A stretch of 53,184 nucleotides of DNA, counting the filler, from Jimgerdemannia flammicorona (lineage: Eukaryota), in assembly GCA_003990765.1 (NCBI GenBank). It is 3 parts of 3 records of this genome, joined end to end, with 100 filler letters (N's around TTAATTAATTAA, not from the genome) between each part and the next. Parts side by side here need not be neighbours in the genome. Positions count along the whole stretch, not along the records: positions 1 to 17,666 come from RBNJ01002458.1; positions 17,767 to 35,427 come from RBNJ01002459.1; 1 more part is not named here. The stretch is one strand, 5' to 3'. The notes under the pieces are model-generated. The model saw only the letters and a list, made by a program, of their open reading frames with translations. It was not told the DNA's origin and ran no database searches. How positions within the stretch are numbered: position 1 is the first letter of the stretch; every line of letters begins with the position of its first letter. Of the stretch, positions 12,105-23,567 are shown in pieces. A program made the position numbers and the translations under genes.

Positions 12105-15100
12105 CTCTTTCACCAGTAACATTCGGGTGACACAAGACTTAGACAACACTTTTTACAACATTTTTGGTGTCCGATGACTAACAGCATGGACAGCAATGAT
12201 TGAACTAGTGAGTGTACTGGCCAGGGGGGTAATGGTACCTTTGGCTGATAGCAGGTGGGGAGGAGAGGAGATGGTTTGGGGATGCCAGGGGTCTCGATGG
12301 CTAGCCGAGGCCCTGGTGGTAGAGGGAGGAGCAGTCTGAGGCAGAGAGGAGGGGAGAGGTTGACCTTTGCTGACAAGGTCAGAATGGGGAAGATGGCTTC
12401 TAGACTAGATGGTTGGCTGGGCCTGGGGAAGGCATCGATGGCTACTGCTGGGGGTCAGGGAGGTGTACCCCGAGGTACTTCTGGTAGTAAGGAAGAGGCC
12501 AGAGTAGGGGCTAGAGATGTGACTGTTGATGGGACTGTGACTGGGGATCTGGCAAAAAATCCAGATGTGATGGCAGTTGGCAATTCGGGACTTGGAGTGG
12601 GCACGAGGCCCGGGGACCTGGCGGATGGGGTGACGGGCATGGTGTCGGCCCCATTACTCAAGAAGTCGAGGTCAGAATTCGTGATCATGATGTGCTTCTG
12701 GGGCTTGGCAGTGATGACAAGGATGATTTTGGGGCTGGTGGTGCAGGAGGCTAAGGGAGCAGCATCGGTGAAGTTCTTGAGGGAAAAGGAAGGGGTGGAG
12801 GTAGAGTTTGAGAAGGAAGACGCCTTGTTGGCAGCCATGGAGAAGGGGGTGATGGTTGGCGGAGTTGTGGTACCTATGGCCCAGTGCATGCACTGAGACC
12901 CCCAAGTGGTACAGTTGACAGTGTTGGACCTCCTGACTGTGTCAAAGGAAAGGACCAGGGAGTTGGTTGTGGAGGCAGTCAAGGAGTATGGTGAGATTGT
13001 GGATATTGGGTTCAAGGTCTGGGAGGGCATGGAGCTTAGAACTGGTGATGTCAATGTCAGAGTGAGGCTGGCTGGGAAGGAGAATACGGGAAAGTCAAGA
13101 GACTGGCTAGTGACACTGAGGTGGAGACCAGTGGAGTGTAAGGTCACCAGGGTGAAGGGGACTCCGGAGGAGGAAGAGGACCTGTTGGAGGCTCTGGAGG
13201 ACCTGGAAGGGGCAGTGGTGAGGAGGAAATTGGCCTGGAAGGAGTTTGAGGCCAGGACGGTGGTTGGGGAGGTAGATGGGAAGAGGGTCCGGATGGAGAA
13301 GGGGGCCTGGGAAAAGATGCAGGGGAGAAGGATCCAGAAGGAGCTATTGGTGAAGTTGGGCGAGGGTGGGGCTGGTGGAAGCTCAGGGGAGGGAGTTGCA
13401 GGGTTGTGGGAGAGTGCCTGGGCTGAGGGGGGAGAGATGGCCCAGGGCGGAGTTCGAATTGGTGGTGGGGAGGGGAGGGAGGGCAATTTGGAGGTGGATG
13501 CTGAAATGGGTGAGGGTGTGTACCTTCAGTATGGTGTTCCAGATGGGGCAGAGGGAGAGGAGGAGCTGATAGATGTACCAGATGAGAAGTGGGATAAGTT
13601 GGTGAGAAGGAGCATGCTGGTGGACCCCGAGGTGGATGGAGAACAAATCGCCCAGAGGGCGGTGGAGGCAGTGGATGAGGAGAAGTGGATGTGGAAGACC
13701 TTGGAAGGGATAGTGGCTGAAGAGCTGGGGGGTGAGGACTTCAGGGTGTTGGAGGAGAAGCATTGGGAGGAGATCCTACAGGGGGAGGAGGTGCCAAGGA
13801 AGATGAGGAATGAGATCCTAGCAGTCCTCCTGGAGTCGGTTGAGTATCAGATTGATGATCAGAGGGAGGAGGAACTTAGGAGGATTGCGAGTGACAGAGC
13901 AACTTTCTTGTGGAATTCGAGAAAGGGACTAGAGAAGTGGCATGCTGTCTGCTTGGACTACAGGGCTAATATGGAGGAAGTGGACAGGGTGGAATGTCAG
14001 GAAATCTTGAGAGCACTGGATGCTCAGGATAATGCAGAGGGTGAAGTAGAAGCTGAGCGGTGCTTGGATCTGGCGGGAGATAAGATGAGCATGGAATTAT
14101 AGGTTGGGGTCTCTATTACAACATTTCTTCAATATGAACAGTACAACTAGGATTTTCTCATTGAACGTTAATGGCTACGGGGGTCGGTTAGGAGGAAGTA
14201 TATATTTGGTTGGCTTAAGGGACTGGATGCAGACCTCTTCTTACTGCAGGATGTTCGTTATGAGGCAGATGTGGACTTAGAGGATTGGACTAAGGAGTGG
14301 GGGGGTGCAGCAGTTTGGAGGGGGAAAGTGTGTATTCTCATTCGGAAAGGTATGGGGAATATTGGGAACATTGGACATTGGGGGTCTCGGGTGGTGTGGA
14401 GAGTGTGAAAGAGGCCTGGATGGGGCCCGCTGATGGTTGGGTCCTATTACTGCCCTGCTGAGAGAGGGGAGAGGGTGGAATGGATCTGCAGATTGAAAGA
14501 GACTGGTGTGTTGGGAGAAGTTGGGCTAGACTGTATGGGGGGTGACTTCAATATGGTACAGGATAAGGAGTTGGACAGAATTGATGGAGGGAGAGGCATG
14601 CGGAGTAAAAGTAGTGGGTTGGGTGACTGGTTGGAGATAGAGAGGTTGTGTTCTCTAGTAGACTCAGGAAGACATTTTTGGGCTGATCAGCAGATGTACA
14701 CCCACTGGATGGCAGGACTGGGCTCTAGGATTGACTGGGTTCTAATGGCAGAGTGTTGGGGAATGGATGTCTGGTCAGTGCTGGAAGTCATATGGTGTCC
14801 GTGGTCTGATCACTGGGGGCTGCTTGGAGGGGGGAGGTTTGGGGGAAATGAGGATGGGCCTGGACATTGGTGACTAAATTCTTCCCTGTTGGAGGATAGG
14901 GTGTTGTGGGAGAGATGGGAATCGGAGGTGGTTGGAAATATTGGCAGGTGGTGGGAACAAGGACTGGAGATTGGGGACTACTGGAGAAGGCTGAAGGTGA
15001 AGACTCAGGAGTATTGGAGGGAGGCAGGGAAAGAGAAGTGTGCCCAGTGAAGGCAGTAAGTGCTGTGGGCCTCGCGGCATCTAGCAGCACTCATGGAGAG

Positions 15101-17666
15101 ATGGGCAGGTATGCTGGAGGATGGGGCCATGACTGATTGGCATATTGCGAGGATCTGGCAGGAGGTGGAGGAGCTCAAAGGGGTACTATACAGGGAGGAG
15201 GAGGAGTAGTTGCAGGGAATGGTGGCCTGCCTGTGGTGGCAGGGACTTGAGGAGGGGGAGAGGCCTACCAGATTCTTGTCATGGTTGTTACAAGCACAAC
15301 GAATGAGGTAGCGGTGGGAAGGAGTTTTGGACAAGAATGGTGAGCTGGTGGTGGGGATGCCGGCGATTCTGGACCTACTGCGAACCCGGTGGAGGAATCT
15401 TTGGAGTGAGGAGGATGGGAGATTGGATGCCCTGAACATTGAAAGACAGCTGGGGGATTGGCACCCAGACCCTATGATGGGACTTGGGGCATTGGGGGAC
15501 CCAGTGAGTGGTGAGGAGATCTGCAGGGTTGTGGCCTCTACGAGTAAGGAGACAGCTCCAGGAGAGGATGGGCTTCTCTGGGATTTTTGGCAGAAGATGA
15601 CTGGGGTGGGTGAGGTGCTAGAGGAAATGACTGCAATGTATGATAGGGTTCTTCAGTCTGGTGCCTAGATTGGGGGACAGCACCTAGGGCTGGTCTCTTT
15701 GCTCTTTAAGGACAAGGGTAGGTGAGAGGACTGGAAGAACTGGCAGCTGATTATGCTTCTCAATATGGATCGCAAATTAGTGATGAAAATCTTGGTGATG
15801 AGGTTGCAAGGCATTGCTCAGCAGGTTCTTGGTGTGGAGCAATGTGGGTTTGTCGGTGGTCAGTTGATTTGAGATGGGACAGCCTGGGTTCATGGAGTAA
15901 TTGAAGATGCCCGGGTGACAGGGGTGGATGGCAGATTGGTATTTCTGGACCAAGAGAAGGCTTATGATAGAGTGCGAAGAATGTGGCTGGAGGGAGTGCT
16001 GAAGCAGATTGGCATCCCACCAGGGGTCCGAAGATCATTAATCAGCCTCTTGGAGGACAGCCAGGCAGCATTGGTCATCAATGGCCACCAGGGGGTGACC
16101 TTTCCCCTGGGGCGCAGGGTACCACAAGGGGACCCCTTGTCATCCATATTGTATGCTCTTTCCCTGGAGCCACTACTAGACAGGATTTGGCATAAGATTG
16201 GAGGCTTAGACATTTTAGGGGTAAACTGGAAGGTGGGGGCCTTTGCTGATGATATGGTGGTCGGGCTGGGCTCCTTGGGAGATGTGGAAGAGTTACAGAG
16301 GACTGTGGAATGGTATGAGCGGAGTTCTGGTGCTAAACTTAACTGGCACAAATGTGAGATACTGGTGCTGGGCCCTGGAATTGTTGGTGGCGATGTTATT
16401 GGGACAGTGGTACTGGTGGGTGAACCAGTGCACTACTTGGGGATCTACTTCTTGGTGTTTGGATCCCTTCTTCCCTGGGCATGGTGGGACCATAAACTAC
16501 TAGAGTGGGGTAATGTTTTGCTGAGATGGGGAGGCCGGCATATGTCTCTTGCCAGAAGGGTGATGGTGTTGAATGTGTACTGAATGTCGAAGCTGTGGTA
16601 TGTTGGATGTCATTTGGATTTCCCAACCTGAGTGGTTAAGGAGTTGTTGAAGATGGCAAGGTCATGGATCTGGGGAGGACGGCAAAGCCAGGTTGGTTGG
16701 GAGGTGCTCACACTGCCCTTGGAAAGAGGTGGGCTGGGCCTAGTAGACTTTACTAAGTGACTTCTATGTCTGAGAGCCTGGTGGCTGTAAAGGGCAAGCA
16801 AGCTCAGGGGGCGGGAGTGGGTGCCCCTCATGCAGAGGTTGTGGGAGGTTTGGTACTCCCCATGTGGTGGCTCTGGGGATCTGCTTGCGATAGTGGCCAT
16901 GGAAGGAAGCAGGAAGATGCGGTTTACAGGCTTTTGGTGGGGGGTGGTGGATGGTGCTAAGAAGATTGAACTTAGGTGGCAAGGTGATGAAGCTGAGGAG
17001 GTTTGGGGACCGCAGATGTGGCAGTGGGACAGGCTTCTATTGGGTGGGGTCCTGGTGGAGGACTTTCAGCTTGGCAAGGGTCTGGAGTATCTGCGGGGCC
17101 TCGGTGGGAACCTGTGGCCAGAAGCCTGGCAGAGGGTTGGAATTGGGGAGGAGTGGGATTGGAATGGACTCTGGCTTTGGAGCAAATGGGTGTGGCAGTG
17201 ACTGCCCCCCAAGTTCTGGGTAGTGTGGTGGCGGGTCCTATGGTGGAATGTGATATTGAACTATCGGTCTGGACACTTGGTGGATGGTGGGGTATTCGAG
17301 TGTGAGGATTGTTTCAATGTTGGTCAGGAGGGAGGAGTGATACATACAAATGCCTGAATATTGGCTTAGTGAATGCGAGGTTTTGGGAGAGTTTTGGAGG
17401 GGTATTATGGACAGGGTAGGACAGAGTGCCAGGGAGGGAGAGGAAGGGGGGAGATGGGGAGAGCTCTACTGGTGACTGGTGGGTAGAGTTGGGGATGAAT
17501 GGCTGACCCTTAGTTGGGTTTTGGCTATGTGGGTTGGACTGGCAGGGCATTGGGTTTATGTATTTGAGGAAGGGCACTGAGTCGGGATTGGTGGTAAGAT
17601 AGCTAGGTGGGAATGGTTGATGTTGGACATTTTGAATAGCTGGTGGTGGGGTTGGGGGATGAGTGG
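12105..17666 (+). mobile_element. Family L copy B (divergent subfamily): ORF1 ~12186-14102, ORF2 from 14134, 3' end lost in the gap
   Basis: 5' end CTCTTTCACCAGTAACATTCGGGTGACAC. APE SLNVNG/GGDFN/SDH; RT LDQEKAYD, QGDPLS, FADD. Confidence 0.92.
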
Positions 17667-17766
17667 NNNNNNNNNNNNNNNNNNNNNNNNNNNNNNNNNN
17701 NNNNNNNNNNTTAATTAATTAANNNNNNNNNNNNNNNNNNNNNNNNNNNNNNNNNNNNNNNNNNNN
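17667..17766. other. Artificial assembly spacer (N44-TTAATTAATTAA-N44)
   Basis: Identical 100-bp structure at 35428-35527; the 12-mer is a palindromic all-frame stop linker. Confidence 0.97.
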
Positions 17767-17946
17767 CCCCAACCCCTTCTCTGTGAAAGACCACTTTGTC
17801 GAACACTATCCCCACCCTCCCACCACTATGCTTACAGATCTTCATCACCAAACCTCAATGTCATCCCCCCTGAGGTCCCCAACCCATCCACCATCCTGTC
17901 AGCAGATCCCCCACCAGCTCCTCCCACCGTAACACCTTCTCACGTA
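17767..17946 (-). mobile_element. Family L 3'-terminal ORF2 fragment abutting element T1
   Basis: Minus strand reads LLTGWWMGWGPQGG...VMKICKHSGGRVGIVFDKVVF, homologous to ORF 66-272. Confidence 0.8.
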
Positions 17947-20900
17947 ATCCGGAAGAACTTGTATAACGTCCATATGATGTTGTCAAAAGTTCTCAACATG
18001 TTGTATATCTCGGTGTCGAGCATCAAATTCCTGCTCCGCCTCGATTATGTCACAGCATTCCAAAAGAAGATGAAGGCGCTCAGGTTCTCAGTGCTGTCGG
18101 CCTAGGACCCTGCGCTCCCACGCAACAAGAATGCCATGGAGGCCGTGAAGACACGGGTACTCCAATCATTCCATGCTTAGGTCCGGCAGTTGACAGATGA
18201 AGCCACTGCAAAGAGGCCCAAAGTGCAGACCTTCTACCGAGCTTGGGCCACAGAACTTGGCCTCACTCTCCCTCCCCTGCCTCTCTGTCAGCCAGCCCTG
18301 CTTCAAAGGTAGGTGGTACTGTAGCCATGACAGGTGATATGGCGATGGATTTGGAAGCTGAAGCTTCTACCTCAGGTGCTTCCCATGTTGTTGGTGCTAA
18401 TGCACCCAGCCCACAATGAGAGTCGGGTTCCTCAATGCACATGGACTACCCCAGGACAAGTTCGATGTGCTCAGTCAGTTGATTGGTCCTGCCCTCAACA
18501 TTCTTTTTATATGTGAAATGTGGCACATTCTGCTGCATCCCTCTCTGCTCATTCACATGTCCTCTCCTCTGGCGTTGTACAGGATCATGGGTCACCAGAA
18601 CGGTAATCTTGTGGTCCTTGTGTCAAACCATTTTGCTTCTCTTATTTCTGAGTCCTCCGCTGACCCCTTCCATATCTAGCTCATGTTCCAGGGCCTGACT
18701 TTGGTTGGGGTTTATGCCCCACCCTCTCTTCCCATTGATGGCTTTCGTGATCTTGTGTCTGGCCCATTCATGGGTAAGACCCTCCTGATTGGTGACATTA
18801 ATACCCACTTCGGTGCTCACCTTGGTGATGTCAACTCTGGCCCTCGTGACTGGATGGATGTCATTGACACTTCCTTGATGATGTGATCATTGAACCACCT
18901 GATCCCAGTGGCTGGATCCACACACGTTGATCACATGTTCGCCACCATGTCCCTCCACATGTCCCTCACCTGCTCCACCCCCCCTGTCGCTACTGACCAC
19001 CCCTCCCTCCTCACTATCTCCTTTCCCTTCTCCCCCTTGCCGGTTGCTGCCTTGGCTGGCATCCGTCATTACTCTGCGAGATATCTAACCAACCTGGTTG
19101 TCCAAGCTCAACTTCGGGAATCAGCTGATATCATTTGCGATACGGTTGTCAGATCCATCTACTCTGTCCAAGATCACATCGCTGGCTTTCACTCTGTGGA
19201 AGATCGCCAACAGTTCGTGGATTCTCTGGATGCCCTTTTGACCTCTGGTCTACAGTCAGTTTGTGAGAACATTCTTGGCTCGTATGACGTAAGAGAAATT
19301 AGGGCCACACTGCTCCCCCAGTGGGACCTCCTTCACAGTACATCTTTAGTCTCTGATGCTATTCGTGGTTTCAAGCAAGTGTACTGCTCCACCCCCCTTA
19401 CTCCCCTCCAATCCCACTCCCCTAATGTCTCGGTGTTCGATGACATGGTTGCTCACATTACCACTATCTTTGGCCAGCCGAACATCTCCCTCCGCCTCAA
19501 TGACTCTGAGGATGTCTTCCCCCTCATTGTGGGTACTCTTGGACTACAGTCTTAGTTTGACCAACCTGCGGTTTGGAGGGCTATCTGTAGCTACCCCCTC
19601 TCCATGGCCTGTAGCGCTGACTCCTTACATGTCTGGATCCTTCAGGTGATGGCAGGTGAGAAGGACGCTCCCTGTAGCCTGTCGAAAGCCTTGTCCTTTT
19701 TCTTCCAGATGTGCATGGTTTGGGGGCTCACTCCCCGCCGCTGGAACTCTGCCATCATCACCCTGGTTCCTAAGAAGGAGGAATCATATACGATTGATGG
19801 ATTTCGCCCTATCGCTCTGACTGAAATGTTTTCTAGACTCTTCGAGCAGTGTTTGAAAGGTTATGTCAAGAGCTGAAGTGGCCTGACAGAAATGTTACGC
19901 TGCCAAGGTGGCTTCCGAACCTGCTTCTCGTCCCTCTCTCATGTCTTGTTATCACATGAGATGTGAGCTAAGGGATGGAGCTGCCATGTCTTTTTTTACC
20001 TCTGGCAGGTATATGATCGAGTCCCCCTCAGGCTTATTCTTTCCTGGCTTGAGGCAAGAGGTGCTGATGCAGCCCTCCTTAGCATTATCCGAAGCTTATT
20101 CAACCACTGTTCTTATCAGGTGGTTGTTAACGGCCTCGTCACCCCTTAGGTCCCCACTGAGCGTTACCTCTTCCAGGGCTCTCTGCTCTCCCCTTGGCTT
20201 TTTGATATCTTTATCGACCCTCTTGCCTCCTTCTTTGATGAATAATTCGAGGAGTATAACTTCCCCCTCGGGCTCTTCTTTGCAGACGACATCACCCTCA
20301 CCCCCTGCACTGCCACGGAAGGGCAAAGGATGATTGACTTTTGTAAAAAATGGCTTCTAGAGAACGGTATAGAGCTCAACCCCAAGAAGTGCAGTTACGT
20401 TGGCCCGGCTGACTGTATCATGCGGATTGAGGCCCGCGACCCCCCTCTTATGTGTACCTGGGTGTGCTGTATACTAACAAAGGGTTTGACTTTGTCAGCC
20501 TTATGTTATAGAATGCAGTGTAGGCAGACCAAACTCTTGGGTTCTGCCATGCCTGTGGTCCTCTCTGGTCACCAATGGTCAAGCTGGCCATCCTTCGTAC
20601 ATTCATCAGGCCCCAGCTGGAATATGGCCTTCCCCTTCTACAAGTTTCCTACCTGGCAACTATCATGGAGCTTCAGGTGTTGAAGCATCCCAAGCAGGTC
20701 TTTGATGATGCTGTCACTTAGGTGGTTGGATTTTCTAGCCATCCCTTGCTTGGTAGTTCGATTCTCGGCCTCTCTTCCTTCCTTCGTCATATATCTGACC
20801 TCTGCTGCATGTTCCAAGCCCACCTGAATTGGTGTAGCAAGTCGGGCAACAACCCCATCAGCCTCCTTAGCGAGCACTTTGTCACGCATCCCCCAGGTTC

Positions 20901-21860
20901 TATCATTGACAAGTTCCGGCGTTAGACCTCTTGGCTTGACTTCCTCGACTAGTACTGGGACCTTCATCCCCAGGTCCACAAGACTCGCTCGCTCTGCTCC
21001 TTCCTTCAGTCCTTCCTTCGGGACCAGCTGCTACAGGAATGGGCCTCCTCCTCTCAGGCTCTCATTCAGTATATCACCCCCAAAGGCCGCTTGCGGTCGC
21101 GGAGCACTGACCATGTCCTCTCCTTCCCCCCCTGGCTTGTATGTTCTGCCCTTGCCTGGCATTATGGCTACTTTGGCCAACCCCGCCCCTGCCCCTGTGG
21201 AGATAAGTTTCATCATGGCCATCTCCTCAGATGCGGTCTTCTTGATGGTTCCCATTCTACTTTCTGAGGTTCTTCTGATCGTGATGAACAACTCGATTGG
21301 TTTTCCAATGACAAATGGCAGGAGGAGCTTCATGCCTACCATCTTCATGCTCTTCACAAGACAGCCTATCATGCTATAGACACTATGTGTAATTCTGGTG
21401 GCCACCTCACGGTCGGGTTCTACCTGACCGAGATTACGAAGATGCTTGGGTGATCGAGCAATCGCACATTTTCTTTACTTCTTTCTTTCCCCTCATTTGC
21501 CTTGGTTGGTTCCCCTGTTATTGAGAATGCATTGAGTTATTCATCTCATGTCAGTCATTTGGTGTTTAGTTGTCGATACAGTTCATGTAGCAGGTGCCGG
21601 GTGAATGTGTATTATATCTTAGCCTTTCTTTTCTTTGCTTCTTGCATTTATTATTTTTACGGCCATGACAAAATGGTTTTATCCAGCCCGTCCATAGGGT
21701 GGTCACCTCTCTGGCCTTTGATTTTGTACTTCTTAGCTAGTTGTTTACTTCACTGGCCTTGTTTTGCTTTTCTTATCTTAGGAGTCTTTATTTTTGTTGC
21801 TCCGATATACCTTATCTTCTCTACAATGAATAAATTCTTACTTGAAGCCTAACCCTAGCC
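17947..21860 (+). mobile_element. Non-LTR retrotransposon family T, copy T1 (5' part missing), ending in CCTAACCCTAGCC
   Basis: Collinear with 23094-27010. APE (GFLNAHGL, CE-WH, IGDIN, TDH), RT (FRPIAL, FQGSLLSP, FADD), C-terminal CPCG-x4-GH-x3-C. T-rich 3' UTR with AATAAA at 21829 and no poly(A). Confidence 0.9.
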
Positions 21861-21960
21861 ACTCACGTGATTTCCTCATTTGGCTAGACTCGGGTTTACA
21901 GCCCGAAGCTATTCCAAATTAAGAAAGCAGTCACTTTGATTAGCTAAGCCTCTCATCGGG

Positions 21961-21968
21961 TATAAATA
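21961..21968 (+). promoter_or_regulatory. Candidate TATA box in the T2 5' region
   Basis: TATAAATA 110 nt upstream of the ORF1 ATG; CACGTG at ~21864. Motif match only. Confidence 0.35.
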
Positions 21969-22070
21969 CCCCCCTTCACCATTATTTTTTCATTGTACAA
22001 ACAAAGGTCACATGACCCGCATTTCACAATTTCACAAATACAAATAAACACACCTCTACCTATTTCGGCA

Positions 22071-23567
22071 ATGTTGGCCACCTCTTCCATTGTTGGTGAT
22101 GACGGCAATGTCACCCATCTCTTTGCGTGCTTCGGCGCCTCTCTCCACTGTGCTGAATGTTACAGCGTCGGTCTTCTCTCCCTCAGTTTTGGCAAGGGTA
22201 GTCTTATGGTGATGTGTAGGTCGTGTGGGGATATATGACTAATATCGGCATATTTATCTCCCCTGCACAATGCGGAAGATGATGAAGAGATTGCAATCTC
22301 TTCTGATTTGAACCATGATGCTCAGTGCCCCCCCTTTTCTCCCACGCCACTGCCCCTTAATTGGAATAAGCGTGGTTGCCCGAACACTAGTTTGGGCATG
22401 ACCCCGAGTGCCGGTCATGCGGGCCCCTCAGCCGACCCTGATCTGGTTACGGAGATGGCCATGATGAGGAAGCAGATTTTAGATCTGCTGACTCAAGTGG
22501 CCAAACTGACTAAGATCAACATCCAGCTGATGGCGCAGCTTGCTGCGTGGTCTGTACCCACCACCCCCTCATCATCTGGTGCTCCTTTGGGAAGTACCCC
22601 CGCTGCCTCTTCCACATCCGCCCCCCCCAAGTCCTTGGTCCCCCCTCCTACTGGTCTTACCACTAACATGCGGTTGAAGGCCCAGAAGCAAGCAGACAAG
22701 CGGGCTGCTAAAGCCACTGCATCGCAGTCTGGTGCACTGCCAAAGGAGGCAACTCCCATGGCTGTGCCCTCAGCCGCTAAAGCCGTGCCCCTAAAAAGGG
22801 TAAGGCCAAGGCTCCTGAACCAGTGCCCCAGGTTACGCCTGTGGGACCCAGCACCGCCAGTCCATCTTTGTCCCATGCTTCGACCCCCACCCCCACAAAT
22901 TGTACACCACCGTGACCAAAAAGGTTTCTATCAAAGATAGAACCCAGGCCTACCCTGAGACAGAAAGGACAGCTGCCGCTGCCATTCTTTCACGCATGAC
23001 TGCAAGCCAACCTCTCATTTGTCACCGACTGAGAAGGGCGCTAGGCTGCAGCATGTTTATGTCGATGGATTTGCCCATCTCAAGATTGGGCAGATCTAGA
23101 AAAACTTGTACGACGTCCATGTGATGTTATCAAAAGTTCTCAACATATCGTATGTCTCAGCGTCGACCATTGAATTCCTTCTCTGCCCTGATTATGTCAC
23201 GGTGTTCCAAAAGAAGATAAAGATGCTTGGGTTCCTGGTGCTGTTGGCCTGGGACCCTGTGCTCCCATGCAACAAGAATGCCATGGAGGCCGTGAAAACA
23301 TGGGTACTCCAATCCTTCCATGCTTGGGTCTGGCAATTGGCAGGTGAAGCCACTGCGAAGAGGCCTGAGGTGCAGACCTTTTACTGAGCTTGGGCCATGG
23401 AACTTGGCCTCACTCTCCCCTCCCCTGCCTCCCCATTGGCTGGCCCTGCTTCGAAGACAGGTAGTACTGTGGCTATGACTGGTGATATGGTGATGGATCT
23501 GGAAGCTGAAGCTTCCTCCTCAGGTGCTTCTCACGCTGTTGACGCTAATGCGCCTGGCCCACAATGA
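22071..23567 (+). pseudogene. Family T ORF1 (N-terminal CxxC...CxxC, short coiled-coil-like segment, Pro/Ser/Ala linker, C-terminal globular part)
   Basis: ORF pieces 21993-22238 and 22308-22940 are in one frame across a TGA; 23106-23387 follows. The terminal TGA overlaps the ORF2 ATG. Confidence 0.7.

Noticed and set aside
17711..17722. Perfect palindrome TTAATTAATTAA within N runs (also 35472-35483)
   Set aside because: Artificial contig linker. It also creates the false stop of ORF 34347-35483.
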